A stretch of DNA of 64,000 bases, from positions 23,031 to 87,030 of the forward strand of contig JAUIIM010000003.1 of assembly GCA_030431785.1 (NCBI GenBank), given 5' to 3'. The notes below the pieces were generated by a model that searched no databases, was not told the origin of the DNA, and was given only the letters and a program-made list of their open reading frames with translations. Source of the DNA: Acidimicrobiia bacterium. GTDB lineage: Bacteria > Actinomycetota > Acidimicrobiia > Spongiisociales > UBA5794. Position numbers and translations under genes: made by a program. Within the stretch, counting starts at the first letter, position 1; each line of letters begins with the position of its first letter. Of this stretch, positions 37,492 through 47,751 are shown piece after piece.

Positions 37492-38111
37492 GCGTTCCCC
37501 CCGCCGGCTCGTCCCCCGCCGCCCCCGCCCGGTCCGCCGCCACCAAAGCCGCGACCGACGTTCGGCAGGAGGTCCTCGCATTGGTCGAGTGCTGCTTCGA
37601 CCTCGGGATCCTGGAAGTCGATGCCAAATGGACCGCCTTCGCCTGGCGTTCCACCCGGTCCGAGGTCTGAGAGGTCCGGATCGGCGACGTCGACACCCTG
37701 GTCACGAAGACACGCTGCAAGTTCGATGAGCTGATCCTGGAGTTCGGTCTGATCGATCTGACCGAATCCGAACGCTGCACCATCGAGGAACTCACCACAC
37801 GCCTCGAACGCTCCCTGGATCTCCTCACGGGCTCCGTCGTCTGCCTGCCCCTCGCCGGGCTCGGGGAGGTTCAGCGGACGGCCAGGGGTGACGTTGCCGT
37901 CGGCATCCACCGTTGGATCCTCCATGTCGACACCGTTCTCACGCATACAGGCGGTGAAGGCGATGGCTGCCTCTTCGGCGCTCATCTCCTCGGTCACGTC
38001 GGTGGCTCCCGGCTCTGCGACTTCAAGGCTGGCTACGCCCTCACCGGCATCGGCAGTCCCGCTACATGCGGTGACGAAAAGTGCCACGGCTATGAGCAAT
38101 CGGAATTTCAT
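37488..38111 (-). CDS. Hypothetical lipoprotein with internal duplication and Gly-rich tail
   Basis: MKFRLLIAVALFVTAC. Duplicated ACxRxxGVDxxDP motif. Tail GGGGPGGGGGGRAGGGNA. Confidence 0.6.
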   Translation of the reverse strand: MKFRLLIAVALFVTACSGTADAGEGVASLEVAEPGATDVTEEMSAEEAAIAFTACMRENGVDMEDPTVDADGNVTPGRPLNLPEPGEGQADDGAREEIQGAFEACGEFLDGAAFGFGQIDQTELQDQLIELAACLRDQGVDVADPDLSDLGPGGTPGEGGPFGIDFQDPEVEAALDQCEDLLPNVGRGFGGGGPGGGGGGRAGGGNA

Positions 38112-38195
38112 CGGGTACTCCTTTCCCCGATGAGTGTGCAGCGTCCGCCTCAAGCAGACCTCAACCGAACCTGTGAATTCGCTCAGAGTCCGAGG

Positions 38196-39611
38196 TCAGG
38201 AGGAAGGGGCCGCGAGCGGCAACGTGATCGTGAAGACGGCACCGGAGTCGTTCTCGACACTGAGCGAACCGCCGTGTGCGTCGACGATGGCGTCGGCGAT
38301 CGCAAGCCCCAGACCCGACCCTCCCGACTTGCGGGAGCGGGAGTCGTCTGCCCGGTAGAAACGTTCGAACACGTGGTCGAGCGCATCGGCGGGGAGTCCG
38401 GGTCCGTCGTCCTTCACGACGACCCGTGCCCGGTCCTCGACCGTGTCAACCCGGATCTCGACGGCGGTACCAGGCGGGGTATGCGTTCGCACGTTCGACA
38501 AGAGACTGGAAACCACCTGATGGAGGCGTTCGGAATCGACCATCGCGTGCACAGCTTCGTCACCAACCACCGTTACTCGACGCTCCTGATCGATCGCCTC
38601 ATGGTCGTCGACAGCGTCGCGGATGATGGTGATGATGTCCGAGTTTGCGATGTCGAGCGAACCCGGCTGGTCCAAGCGTGCCAGAGCCAAGAGATCCTCG
38701 ACGAGGTTCCCCATCCTCCGGCTCTCGGCACCGATGCGTTGCCATGCCCTTTCCTCGGCATCGGGGTCCTGCAGTCCGCCTTGGTCATGGAGCTGGGCGT
38801 ATCCGGAAACCGCTGCGATGGGAGTCCGCAGCTCGTGGGATGCATCTGCGACGAACCGACGAAGCGTCTCCTGTCCTTCCCGCTCATGCTCGACGGCGGT
38901 CTCGATCGTCAGCATCATGTCGTTCAGCGAGACACCAAGGCGCCCGATCTCGGTGTTGGGATCAGCGCCCTCGATTCGTCGAGTGAGATCCCCAGCGGCG
39001 ATGGCCTCCGCCGTGTCAACCATCTCCGCAACGGGTCGCATCGATCGGTCGACCATGAACCAGGTCGCCGTACCACCGATCAGCAACACACCGAGGCCAG
39101 TAAGCGCGAGAACGACCAGCATCGATGTGTTGGCTTCGGCAACGTCGGTCAGAGGTACCGCGACGACGAGCGTTCCCGGGATTCTGCCCCCCTCGATCGT
39201 TGTCGCCCGGTACTCAAGCGAACCATCCACCGATGGGATGGTCACCGGACCTTCACCAGGTGCGATGAGGGAGACGTCGGGGAGGGGGTCGGGATCGTCC
39301 ACGAAACCGGAGGCTCGCACCGAGAGGACCTCGCCAGTCTCCGAGATCCAGATCTCCGCTGCATCCCTACGCACCGGAAGCTCGTCCTCATCGGCCGTCG
39401 ATTGGTCCGGGTCGTTGTCACCTGGCTCGCCGGGTCGGACGCCGGGCCCAGGGATGAATCCGGACGCACGATCACGGAACCCGACGAGAAGCTTGTCGAT
39501 CTGGTCGATGAGGATCGTGTCGACGGAACGTGACGCAACGATGCCGAACCCGGTGATCACCAAGAGCAACAGCACCGAGAAGGAGAGCACCAGCTTCGTG
39601 CGAAGGGCCAT
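38196..39611 (-). CDS. Sensor histidine kinase (2 TM, HAMP, HisKA, HATPase)
   Basis: ASHELRTPIAAVSGY, LLSNVRTH, DDGPGLP, GSGLGLAI. Confidence 0.9.
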   Translation of the reverse strand: MALRTKLVLSFSVLLLLVITGFGIVASRSVDTILIDQIDKLLVGFRDRASGFIPGPGVRPGEPGDNDPDQSTADEDELPVRRDAAEIWISETGEVLSVRASGFVDDPDPLPDVSLIAPGEGPVTIPSVDGSLEYRATTIEGGRIPGTLVVAVPLTDVAEANTSMLVVLALTGLGVLLIGGTATWFMVDRSMRPVAEMVDTAEAIAAGDLTRRIEGADPNTEIGRLGVSLNDMMLTIETAVEHEREGQETLRRFVADASHELRTPIAAVSGYAQLHDQGGLQDPDAEERAWQRIGAESRRMGNLVEDLLALARLDQPGSLDIANSDIITIIRDAVDDHEAIDQERRVTVVGDEAVHAMVDSERLHQVVSSLLSNVRTHTPPGTAVEIRVDTVEDRARVVVKDDGPGLPADALDHVFERFYRADDSRSRKSGGSGLGLAIADAIVDAHGGSLSVENDSGAVFTITLPLAAPSS

Positions 39612-39612
39612 C

Positions 39613-40314
39613 TCAGGCGCCTGATCCGCGGATCACATATCCCACGCCGCGGACGGTCTGGACGACCGACCCGTTCGTGTCGCCGAGCTTCTTGCGGAGG
39701 TACGAGATGTACGTCTCGACGATGCCGTAGTTCCCATCGAAGTCGTACTCCCAGACGTAGTCGACGATCTGGGACTTCGCCATCACGCGTCCGCTGTTGA
39801 CGAGCAGAAACCGCAGGAGCCGGAACTCCGTGGGCGACAGGTCGATCTCGTCGTCGCCGACCCATACCTGATGGGCGTCGTCGTCGAGCGTGATGTCCCC
39901 TACCGACATGCGGGCAGACACGGAACCCGGTCCGACCCTTCTGAGCAGAGCCTCGATCCTCAGACCGAGCTCCTCGAGGCTGAACGGTTTGGTCAGGTAG
40001 TCGTCGCCCCCTTGGCGGAATCCGGCCCGCTTGTCGTCGATGTCGTCGCGGGCGGTGAGGAAGATGACCGGGACGTCGAGTCCATCGCGCCTGATCCTGC
40101 GACACACCTCGAACCCGTCGAGCTCAGGCATGTTGACGTCGAGTACGACGAGATCGGGAGTGGATGCCTTGATCGAACGGAGCGCATCGAAGCCGTCCGA
40201 CGCCGTCGATACGGAGTAGCCGGCGAAACGCAACGCGCTCGACACGAGATCGGTGAGTGACTCTTCGTCGTCGACGACGAGGATGGAGGCTTTGGTGTCT
40301 ACGGTGGTCATCAC
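39613..40314 (-). CDS. OmpR/PhoB-family response regulator
   Basis: ILVVDDE ... DLVVLDVNMP receiver and winged-helix C-terminus GVGYVI. Confidence 0.9.
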   Translation of the reverse strand: MMTTVDTKASILVVDDEESLTDLVSSALRFAGYSVSTASDGFDALRSIKASTPDLVVLDVNMPELDGFEVCRRIRRDGLDVPVIFLTARDDIDDKRAGFRQGGDDYLTKPFSLEELGLRIEALLRRVGPGSVSARMSVGDITLDDDAHQVWVGDDEIDLSPTEFRLLRFLLVNSGRVMAKSQIVDYVWEYDFDGNYGIVETYISYLRKKLGDTNGSVVQTVRGVGYVIRGSGA

Positions 40315-40404
40315 GCCTCAGAGGTTACGGAGTCAACCTGTGAGAACCCTGAGAGTCGGCTGGGGACACGATGAGCGTCGGTGTCCGCGGTGGCGATGCT
40401 GGCG

Positions 40405-41883
40405 TCAGACCGTTCGATCCGTCTTCTGGTTGAGGTCGAGTAGACGAGCCGCGACGTCCGGGGACGGGGCGCTTTCCATTCGCCATTCCCAGTTCCCCTT
40501 TGGAGTTCCGGGGTGGTTCATCCTTGCTTCCGAACCGAGACCCAGCAGGTCCTGCATGGGCGCGATCGCGATGACACCGGGGGACCGCCACGCTCCCTCG
40601 ACAAATCGACGTGCGATCTCGACCTGCGCCGTCTCCGTGCCAGTGCCGAGGAGCCGGTCAGCCGACGCACGGTAGACGTCGGTACCCGATGTGTAGCTCC
40701 CAGCCGCCGTGTCGTTGTCATGGGTCCCGGTGTAGACGACCTGGTCCGATCCGATGTCGCCGAGGTCACCCTCCGCTGCAACGACGTCCTGGAGAAGCGT
40801 CATCCCCGGGTAGCCGAGTTCCACGCGAAGCTGCTCGACGGGTGGCGTCAGATGACCGAGATCCTCCACCACGAGGTCCATCGCTCCGAGCTGGCGTTCC
40901 AACGCCTCGAAGAACGCGATGCCGGGGCCTGGGAGCCACTCGCCGACGACCGCGTCGGGACGGTGGGCTTCGATCGAGTAGTAGGTCACGAGCCCGATGA
41001 AGTGGTCGATGCGGAGGACGTCTGCGTGACGGAAGAAGGAACGGAGGCGTTCTGCCCACCACACATATCCGGTTTCGGCGTGGCGGTCCCACTGGTACAG
41101 CGGTGTACCCCACACCTGCCCGGTGTCACTGAACTCGTCGGGAGGCACGCCGGCGATGTGAGTCGGTCGACCGATCTCGTCGAGTGTGAACAAGTCGGGG
41201 TGCGTCCAGACGTCGACGCTGTCGCCGGCGACATACAACGGAACGTCTCCGAGGAGCACCACACCCTGCTCGGCTGCATGGGAACGCAGGGCGGCGAGCT
41301 GTCGTTCGAAGACGAACTGTGTGAAGGCGTGGTACTCGAGGGTCTCCGAAAGGTCTTCACCGGCTCTCGCCAGTGCTTCCGGGTCCCTCTGTCGCAATGA
41401 TGCAGGCCATTCAAACCATCGTTCCCCACCGCGTGACTCGGAGATGGCCATGAACAGCGAATACTCCACGACCGCCGGGTCGGTCCGGAACGAATCGAAC
41501 TCAGTGCGGAGGGGACCGGCAAGCCCGCCGAGCGCCTCTTCGAGCCATGTGCGTTTGCGGTCCCTGACAAGCTTGAAGTCCACGCGGCCCTGTTCCCCGA
41601 TCGGTTCCAGTCGGTCGCTATCGAGGAGCCCGTCCTCGACGAGCCCCTCGGGAGAGATCAAGTCGACACTTCCCGCCTGGGACGACGTCGATGAGTAGGG
41701 CGAGTTGCCCAAACCGGGCGGCCCCAACGGGAGAATCTGCCAGTACTTCGATCCGGAGTCTGCAAGCCACTCGACCCATCGATGTGCTGCCGGTCCGAGG
41801 TCACCGATACCGAACGGGCCAGGCAGGCTGCTGACATGGAGCAGCACGCCGGAGGAGCGTTCAAGCCGGGGAGGGGTCGTCAC
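40405..41883 (-). CDS. malQ: 4-alpha-glucanotransferase (amylomaltase, GH77)
   Basis: 492 aa. SGVLLHVSSLPGPFGIGDLG ... WQILPLGP ... SPYSS. Confidence 0.9.
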   Translation of the reverse strand: MTTPPRLERSSGVLLHVSSLPGPFGIGDLGPAAHRWVEWLADSGSKYWQILPLGPPGLGNSPYSSTSSQAGSVDLISPEGLVEDGLLDSDRLEPIGEQGRVDFKLVRDRKRTWLEEALGGLAGPLRTEFDSFRTDPAVVEYSLFMAISESRGGERWFEWPASLRQRDPEALARAGEDLSETLEYHAFTQFVFERQLAALRSHAAEQGVVLLGDVPLYVAGDSVDVWTHPDLFTLDEIGRPTHIAGVPPDEFSDTGQVWGTPLYQWDRHAETGYVWWAERLRSFFRHADVLRIDHFIGLVTYYSIEAHRPDAVVGEWLPGPGIAFFEALERQLGAMDLVVEDLGHLTPPVEQLRVELGYPGMTLLQDVVAAEGDLGDIGSDQVVYTGTHDNDTAAGSYTSGTDVYRASADRLLGTGTETAQVEIARRFVEGAWRSPGVIAIAPMQDLLGLGSEARMNHPGTPKGNWEWRMESAPSPDVAARLLDLNQKTDRTV

Positions 41884-42893
41884 GACCCGTTCCGTTCGTC
41901 CGTGGTGATCCGTGCCACCAGCTCGTGTTCGAGGATTCGGTCTTCACCCCACGGCTGCCCGTCGGCAGCGTCGAGCAGCGCTTGCATCGCGGCCTCCCCC
42001 TGTTCCGCTACCGGTTGGCGGACCGTCGAAAGACCCATGGCTCCGGCGAACTCATGGTCATCGAAGCCGACGATCGCGAGGTCACCCGGTACGGCCAGCC
42101 CGAGTTCTCGTGCCGCCTGCATCGCACCGGCGGCCATCTCATCCGAGATTGCAAACAGAGCCGTCGGGGGTTCGTCGAGGGCGAGGAGCTGGCGCGCGGT
42201 ATCGCACCCACCCGCGATCGAGAAGTTCCCGTTCACGATCAGTTCTTCGTCGACGGGTATCCCGGCGGACTCCAGCGCTGCGATGTAGCCGTTCTCGCGT
42301 TCGCCCGGGATCGACAGCTCGGTGCGCCCGTCTGGCATCCCCCCGATGAGCCCGATGCGGCGATGGCCAAGGTCGACGAGGTGTGTCGTCGCTTCGAACG
42401 CGGCACCGTAGTTGTCGATGCGCACGGTGACGATGCCGTCGACATGTTGACCCACGGCGACCAGGTGGAGACCTCGCTCGGTGAGCTGGTGCACTTCACC
42501 CTGATCGATCGGGATGTCGACGAGGATTACGCCGTCCACCCGTCGCGCCTGTGGCAGGACGACTTCCAGGAGGTGCCGACGCTGGTCGTCATCGCCGGCG
42601 ACGTGCAGCCGCATGTCGTACCCGGCGGCGGTTGCGACCGCTTCCACTGACGACACGAGCTGTGCGTAGTACCACTGCCCGGTGAACGGAATCGCAACGA
42701 TGATCGTGTCGTTCGTCGCGGACGAAAGATTGGATGCGTACGGATCTGGCACGTATCGCAGTTCCCTCGCCACCGTCTCAACCTTCTCCCGGGTTGCGGG
42801 TGCGACGGATGGGAGACCGCGTAGGGCGCGACTCACCGTGGCAACCGAGACTCCGGCCGCTGCGGCAACATCGCGAATGGTCACTTTCGTCAC
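41880..42893 (-). CDS. LacI-family transcriptional regulator
   Basis: GTG start (GTGA overlap with the GH57 stop). VTIRDVAAAAGVSVATVSRAL HTH. Confidence 0.9.
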   Translation of the reverse strand: MTKVTIRDVAAAAGVSVATVSRALRGLPSVAPATREKVETVARELRYVPDPYASNLSSATNDTIIVAIPFTGQWYYAQLVSSVEAVATAAGYDMRLHVAGDDDQRRHLLEVVLPQARRVDGVILVDIPIDQGEVHQLTERGLHLVAVGQHVDGIVTVRIDNYGAAFEATTHLVDLGHRRIGLIGGMPDGRTELSIPGERENGYIAALESAGIPVDEELIVNGNFSIAGGCDTARQLLALDEPPTALFAISDEMAAGAMQAARELGLAVPGDLAIVGFDDHEFAGAMGLSTVRQPVAEQGEAAMQALLDAADGQPWGEDRILEHELVARITTDERNGS

Positions 42894-45800
42894 TGTGCAC
42901 CCATCATGAAGATCGATCCGAACTCGTCGGGGGCGAGGCCATCGACAGTACCGGACGTCACCGCTGTGTACTCGGAGAGGGCCGCCTCGGCACCGGGCGG
43001 GCCGATCATGTCGAAGATCCGCGTGTGGTTGATGTCGCCGGGCGCTCCTCCGCCCCGCCACTGCGACGCAGCGGCATCGATGTCGCGCACACGGCGCACG
43101 CCGGGTGACGGGAACCCCTCTTGGCTGAGGACCACGGCACCGAAGGTCCAACTGGTCGGGTCACCGTCACCGAGAAGTGAACGCGGCACCCGGATCACGA
43201 TTCTGCCTTGGTCGCCGAACACCGCTACGGACAGCGACGGCTCGGTCTCGACCGTCGATCCGTCCGGCTCGGCGACGAACAGAGCGGGCTGCCATCCTTC
43301 GATGGTCACGGCGTACTCCCATCCCATCCCATCGGGCAGAGAGGCGTTGCGACCATCGATCAGCGTGCGGGCGCCCGAATCGACAGCGGAGTCGGTGTCG
43401 ATGTAGATGTCGAACGTCTGGATCGAGAGACCCGAGGGCGACCCCCAGGGATTGCCGATCGGCGCCGCGACATCGAGCGAGAAGACGACGTCGTCGCCCT
43501 CGGTACCCACCGTGAAGGCTGTCAGGTCGTAGCTCCCAGCTGCGAACACGCCATCTGTCGGATAGGTATAGGTACCGGGTCCGTTGTCGTCCCCCAGCGG
43601 ATCCTCGAACTCCAGGAACACTTCGACGTCGGAGATGTCCGGTACTTGGAGCCCGAGGGGCCCGTCGCCGGGGACGAGTTCACCGTCGACCGCCGCCTTC
43701 ACCAGGACGACATCGCCGGCGGCCAGGGCACCGAGCTCCTCCAGCGGGATGGCGATCTCGGTGATGTCGCCGGTCGCCGCGTTGAGGGCGATGCATCGTT
43801 CAGGATCAACGTCAAGGAGCGGGTTGCACAAGAGATACTGCCCGTCGCGAACGGCGATGAGGTGCGTTGCCCCGAAACCGAGGACCGCATCGTCGATGGC
43901 CGTCGACGTGCGACGACCCTGGGGAGCGCCGAGGTAGATCTCGGTCAGGGAGGACGGATCTCCGTCGTGCCGCAGGTACAGATTCTCTTTGTCGAACGCC
44001 CACGCCATCGCGGCACCCGCATACGCCCCGCCGCTCGACCATGCCGCTTCCGCCGCACCGTCCACCTCGATGGTCACAAGCTCGGACTGGGATCGATCGG
44101 CGACGACCGGCGTTTGCGGGATGATGGGCACGTCCACGAATGCGGGCCGTTCGTCGCCCAGCGCGTCGTAGACCTGGCCGAGAAGTTCGCGGAAGGCTGC
44201 GTCGAAATAGCCGTCGTCGCCGGAATCTTGGTCAGATCCGTACCACCAGAACCAATCGGACCCCTCGGCGAACAGCATCGCCTCGTAGGCGGATGCGATC
44301 GAGTCGTCGGAGTAGTCACCGCTCTGTTCGGCTCTGCGCAGGTCCTGACGGGTGTCATAGAGGTAGTCCCACGCCATCGCCTCTTCCTGCTCTCCGATCC
44401 ACGTGGCGAAGTTGGGTTGGAACCAGGACGCCGGGAACACGTCGCTGATGGGTTCCGGGTTCGGATGGGCTGCGAGGTAGGCCGATGGCGTCGTCGTCTC
44501 GATCCACGGTGTGGCGGCGAGCCGTTCGTAGAGCTCATTGAGGAAGTCGATCCCGTCGTTCGGATAGTGCTCCCATGCGTTCTCGCCGTCGAGGATCACG
44601 GACACGATGGGTGGTTGGCCACCTTGGGACGACGTGTCGACGGAGTCATAGATCGCTCGGAGTCTTCCCATGAAGTCATCCACGGCGGCCTGTGCGGAGA
44701 GCCCTGAGTACTCGAAACCGACCTGGTCCGAGATGCGGTTGTCCCGGAAGAACATCGCAACGGGTTCACGCTGGTTGACCTCGGCTGAGTACGCCGCGTA
44801 GAGCGTCGTGGCTTCAACGACGTTGTCGGATGCATCCCGTTCGAACGACCCGATTCCGCGCGTCATGGCGAGCACGTCCTCGCCGGTTCCCACCCATGCA
44901 ACCCCATTCTTCGAGAAGAGGTTCATGATCTCCTGTGCCACGGAACCCTCGCCGGGCCACATGCCGGTCGGTCGCTGACCGAGCAATCGCTCGGCTGTGC
45001 TGAGACCACGGATGACCTGCTGATCGGCATCTGCGATCTCGCGGAAGCGGTCGTTCGGGAGGATGGCCGCGGGGTCCCCCTCGACAGCGAGGTTCGTGTC
45101 TCCGACCAGCGGCAGAATCGGGTGTGCCAGCGGCGTGGTCGTCACCTCGATCACCCCTTCTTCCCACAACCGGGCGTGCAGCGGAATCACCTCGCGGATG
45201 ATCTCGAGATGTGCGTCGAGGACGACTGCCTTGTCCTCCTCGGCGAAGCTCTCCCCCTTTGCCACGAGCGAGGCGAGTGGCTCCTCTGCGAGGAAACCCG
45301 GGTCGGTCCAAGCGAGGTTGAACAAGACCTGCAGGTCGCGGAAATCATCGTCCGACCACGCAGCGACGAGCTCCTCAGGCGATCGACCGGTCCGGAAGTC
45401 AGCGAGTTCCTGGAAGCGTGGAAAGCGCTCGATGATCGTGGCGTTGACATCGAAGAAGCGCTCGACGATGAACATCCGGTCCTCCGTCGTGAGGTCCGTA
45501 GCCGCGATCTCTGTCTTGACCCAGTAGATGTCCTTGGCGCCATTTGCGAGGTCTTCGAGTTGGAGAAGGAGAACAGGTGTCAGGTTGAACGTCGCCGTCA
45601 CGCCCGGATGGTCCTCCACCATCTTCGCCATGTCCCAATAGTCCTTCGTGGCGTGCACGCGAACCCACGGTCGGGTGTAGACGCCATCTTCATCCTTCGG
45701 GTAGAACGGCTGATGCTGATGCCACATGAGGTTGAGATGCATCGGGTTCTCGTCCCCGGGAGCGGCTACGTCCTCCGTAGGTGTGGTTGTCGTGGTGGTG

Positions 45801-45898
45801 GCAGGGGGATCATCGACCGAAGGTGTGCCGGTGCCTTCCCCGGACACCAACGCAACCGCGAGAGAGCACACGACCAAGAGAGCTACGAACCACTTCAT
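42890..45898 (-). CDS. Secreted GH57-family alpha-glucan hydrolase with long C-terminal beta-rich domains
   Basis: Signal MKWFVALLVVCSLAVALV. WHQHQPFY GH57 region I. About 1000 aa. Confidence 0.85.
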   Translation of the reverse strand: MKWFVALLVVCSLAVALVSGEGTGTPSVDDPPATTTTTTPTEDVAAPGDENPMHLNLMWHQHQPFYPKDEDGVYTRPWVRVHATKDYWDMAKMVEDHPGVTATFNLTPVLLLQLEDLANGAKDIYWVKTEIAATDLTTEDRMFIVERFFDVNATIIERFPRFQELADFRTGRSPEELVAAWSDDDFRDLQVLFNLAWTDPGFLAEEPLASLVAKGESFAEEDKAVVLDAHLEIIREVIPLHARLWEEGVIEVTTTPLAHPILPLVGDTNLAVEGDPAAILPNDRFREIADADQQVIRGLSTAERLLGQRPTGMWPGEGSVAQEIMNLFSKNGVAWVGTGEDVLAMTRGIGSFERDASDNVVEATTLYAAYSAEVNQREPVAMFFRDNRISDQVGFEYSGLSAQAAVDDFMGRLRAIYDSVDTSSQGGQPPIVSVILDGENAWEHYPNDGIDFLNELYERLAATPWIETTTPSAYLAAHPNPEPISDVFPASWFQPNFATWIGEQEEAMAWDYLYDTRQDLRRAEQSGDYSDDSIASAYEAMLFAEGSDWFWWYGSDQDSGDDGYFDAAFRELLGQVYDALGDERPAFVDVPIIPQTPVVADRSQSELVTIEVDGAAEAAWSSGGAYAGAAMAWAFDKENLYLRHDGDPSSLTEIYLGAPQGRRTSTAIDDAVLGFGATHLIAVRDGQYLLCNPLLDVDPERCIALNAATGDITEIAIPLEELGALAAGDVVLVKAAVDGELVPGDGPLGLQVPDISDVEVFLEFEDPLGDDNGPGTYTYPTDGVFAAGSYDLTAFTVGTEGDDVVFSLDVAAPIGNPWGSPSGLSIQTFDIYIDTDSAVDSGARTLIDGRNASLPDGMGWEYAVTIEGWQPALFVAEPDGSTVETEPSLSVAVFGDQGRIVIRVPRSLLGDGDPTSWTFGAVVLSQEGFPSPGVRRVRDIDAAASQWRGGGAPGDINHTRIFDMIGPPGAEAALSEYTAVTSGTVDGLAPDEFGSIFMMGAQ

Positions 45899-47751
45899 CG
45901 GCCGACAACCGCCGCCGATCGGGCGGGAACCGTGACGGTTCCCGCAGTGAGGGTCGCCGTACCCCAAAGGACGTCTGCGGAGTCTCCGATATCCAACGTG
46001 CCCGGTTCGGACCCACGGTTCAGCACCGTCACCAGACGTTCACCGGCGTCTCCGAACCGCTCGTACGCGACCATGTCGGCGGACGCAGCGACCGGACGCC
46101 ACTCACCACGGACGAGCGCCGGATGGGAACGGCGAAGCGACGTCAGGTCCCGCATCGTGCGGTACACGTCGTGCTGCTCGGGATCCTGATCCCATGGGAA
46201 CGCAACCCGCATTCCGGGATCGTGACCACCTTCGACCTCCATCTCGTCGGCATACAGCACGCCAGGCGCACCGGGGAACGTGAGCTGGGTGACGGTGGCA
46301 AGGGCCAGGCGCCACACGTCGCCGCCGGCTTCGGTGAGGAATCGCGGCGTGTCATGGCTTCCGATGAGGTTCTGGCTTGCAAGCGTCACCGGCCAGGCAT
46401 ACTGCGCCCACGACCGGGACAGGCCGTCGAGCATGCCGTGGCCGTCGATCTCATCGGTCGCAAAGAACCGGACACACAGATCACGGAACGTGTAGTTCAT
46501 CGTCGCATCGAACCGGTCGCCCTGAAGCCAGGTCGATGCATCACCCATGATCTCGCACAGGAGGAAGGCGTCCGGTCGCGCAGCCCGTGCCGCATCACGA
46601 AAGTCACCCCAGAAGTCAGCGTCGACGTATCGGACGACGTCCATCCTCCAGCCGTCCATGTTCCGGTCGCCGACCCAATGGGCGGTCACGTCGAGCATGT
46701 ACGCGCGGGCATCCGGGTTCGCGATGTTGATCCTCGGCAGACTCGGTACCCCGTACCACGAGTCATACGTGGGTTGGACCCACTGCCACCCGGACTCGGT
46801 CGTTTCGAACTCGACACCGAGGTCCGCCTTCCAGAGGTCGAGCCACTTCGTGAGCCCCGGATCGTCTGCCAGAGCGTCTTCGCGGTACCGGACCTTGATC
46901 GGCCACTCGTGGATGATGAACCAATCCCAGTAGTCCGAATCGGGGCCATGCTCCACCACGTCCCTGAAAGCGAAGAACTGCGTGTAGACGTGGTTGAACG
47001 ATGTGTCGATGATCACGCGGAGTCCCTTTGCGTGGGCAGCGGTGATCAGTTCGTCGAACGCTTCGTTTCCTCCGAGCAGCGGGTCCACGGTGAGATAGTC
47101 GATCGTGTCGTAGCGGTGATTCGAAGGCGCAGCGAAGACCGGGTTGAGGTAGACGATGTCCGCTCCGACATCGACGAGGTAGTCCAACCGGTCGACGATG
47201 CCCCCGAGATTCCCTCCCTTGAACCCGAGTGCTGTTGGGTCGGCGTCCCACTCCTCGAGGGCGACGTCGGTGTCGTCCTCGCGACGGGCAAACCGATCGG
47301 GAAAGATCTGATAGATCACGGCGCCGGTGGCCCATGGCGGGATGTCCATCGGTTCGGGCTTGGACAGCGTCCACCGATCGAGGCGCTCGACCGCGTTCGT
47401 GACCCCGTCGGGGACGAAGTACACGCCATGACCGTTCGGTGTCTTGAACGCAAAGGAGTAGCCGATCCCGTCGTCCACATCGGCGACCACCTCCCAAAAG
47501 GAGAACCGCTGTGTCCGTGCGACGAGCACCAGCTCGTAGGACGCAACGGTGTCACCGGCGCGGGTGACGAACAGTCCGTCGAAGAGCTCCGGGTCGGTCC
47601 AGATACGGATGCGGACCGAACCATCAGGGTCCGTGTCGAGATGTGCGCGATCCGCCGGATCGAATCGGATGTCCCATGGGGTCAAGTCCCCTGGGTTTCC
47701 GTAGACGGCCAGATCGTCGTCGAGTGGTCGGGGTTCAGCCTTTGACAGCAC
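45895..47751 (-). CDS. GH13 alpha-amylase family enzyme (neopullulanase/cyclomaltodextrinase-like)
   Basis: DTSFNHV, DGWRMDVV, LLCEIMG, GSHDTPR conserved regions. Confidence 0.9.
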   Translation of the reverse strand: MLSKAEPRPLDDDLAVYGNPGDLTPWDIRFDPADRAHLDTDPDGSVRIRIWTDPELFDGLFVTRAGDTVASYELVLVARTQRFSFWEVVADVDDGIGYSFAFKTPNGHGVYFVPDGVTNAVERLDRWTLSKPEPMDIPPWATGAVIYQIFPDRFARREDDTDVALEEWDADPTALGFKGGNLGGIVDRLDYLVDVGADIVYLNPVFAAPSNHRYDTIDYLTVDPLLGGNEAFDELITAAHAKGLRVIIDTSFNHVYTQFFAFRDVVEHGPDSDYWDWFIIHEWPIKVRYREDALADDPGLTKWLDLWKADLGVEFETTESGWQWVQPTYDSWYGVPSLPRINIANPDARAYMLDVTAHWVGDRNMDGWRMDVVRYVDADFWGDFRDAARAARPDAFLLCEIMGDASTWLQGDRFDATMNYTFRDLCVRFFATDEIDGHGMLDGLSRSWAQYAWPVTLASQNLIGSHDTPRFLTEAGGDVWRLALATVTQLTFPGAPGVLYADEMEVEGGHDPGMRVAFPWDQDPEQHDVYRTMRDLTSLRRSHPALVRGEWRPVAASADMVAYERFGDAGERLVTVLNRGSEPGTLDIGDSADVLWGTATLTAGTVTVPARSAAVVGR

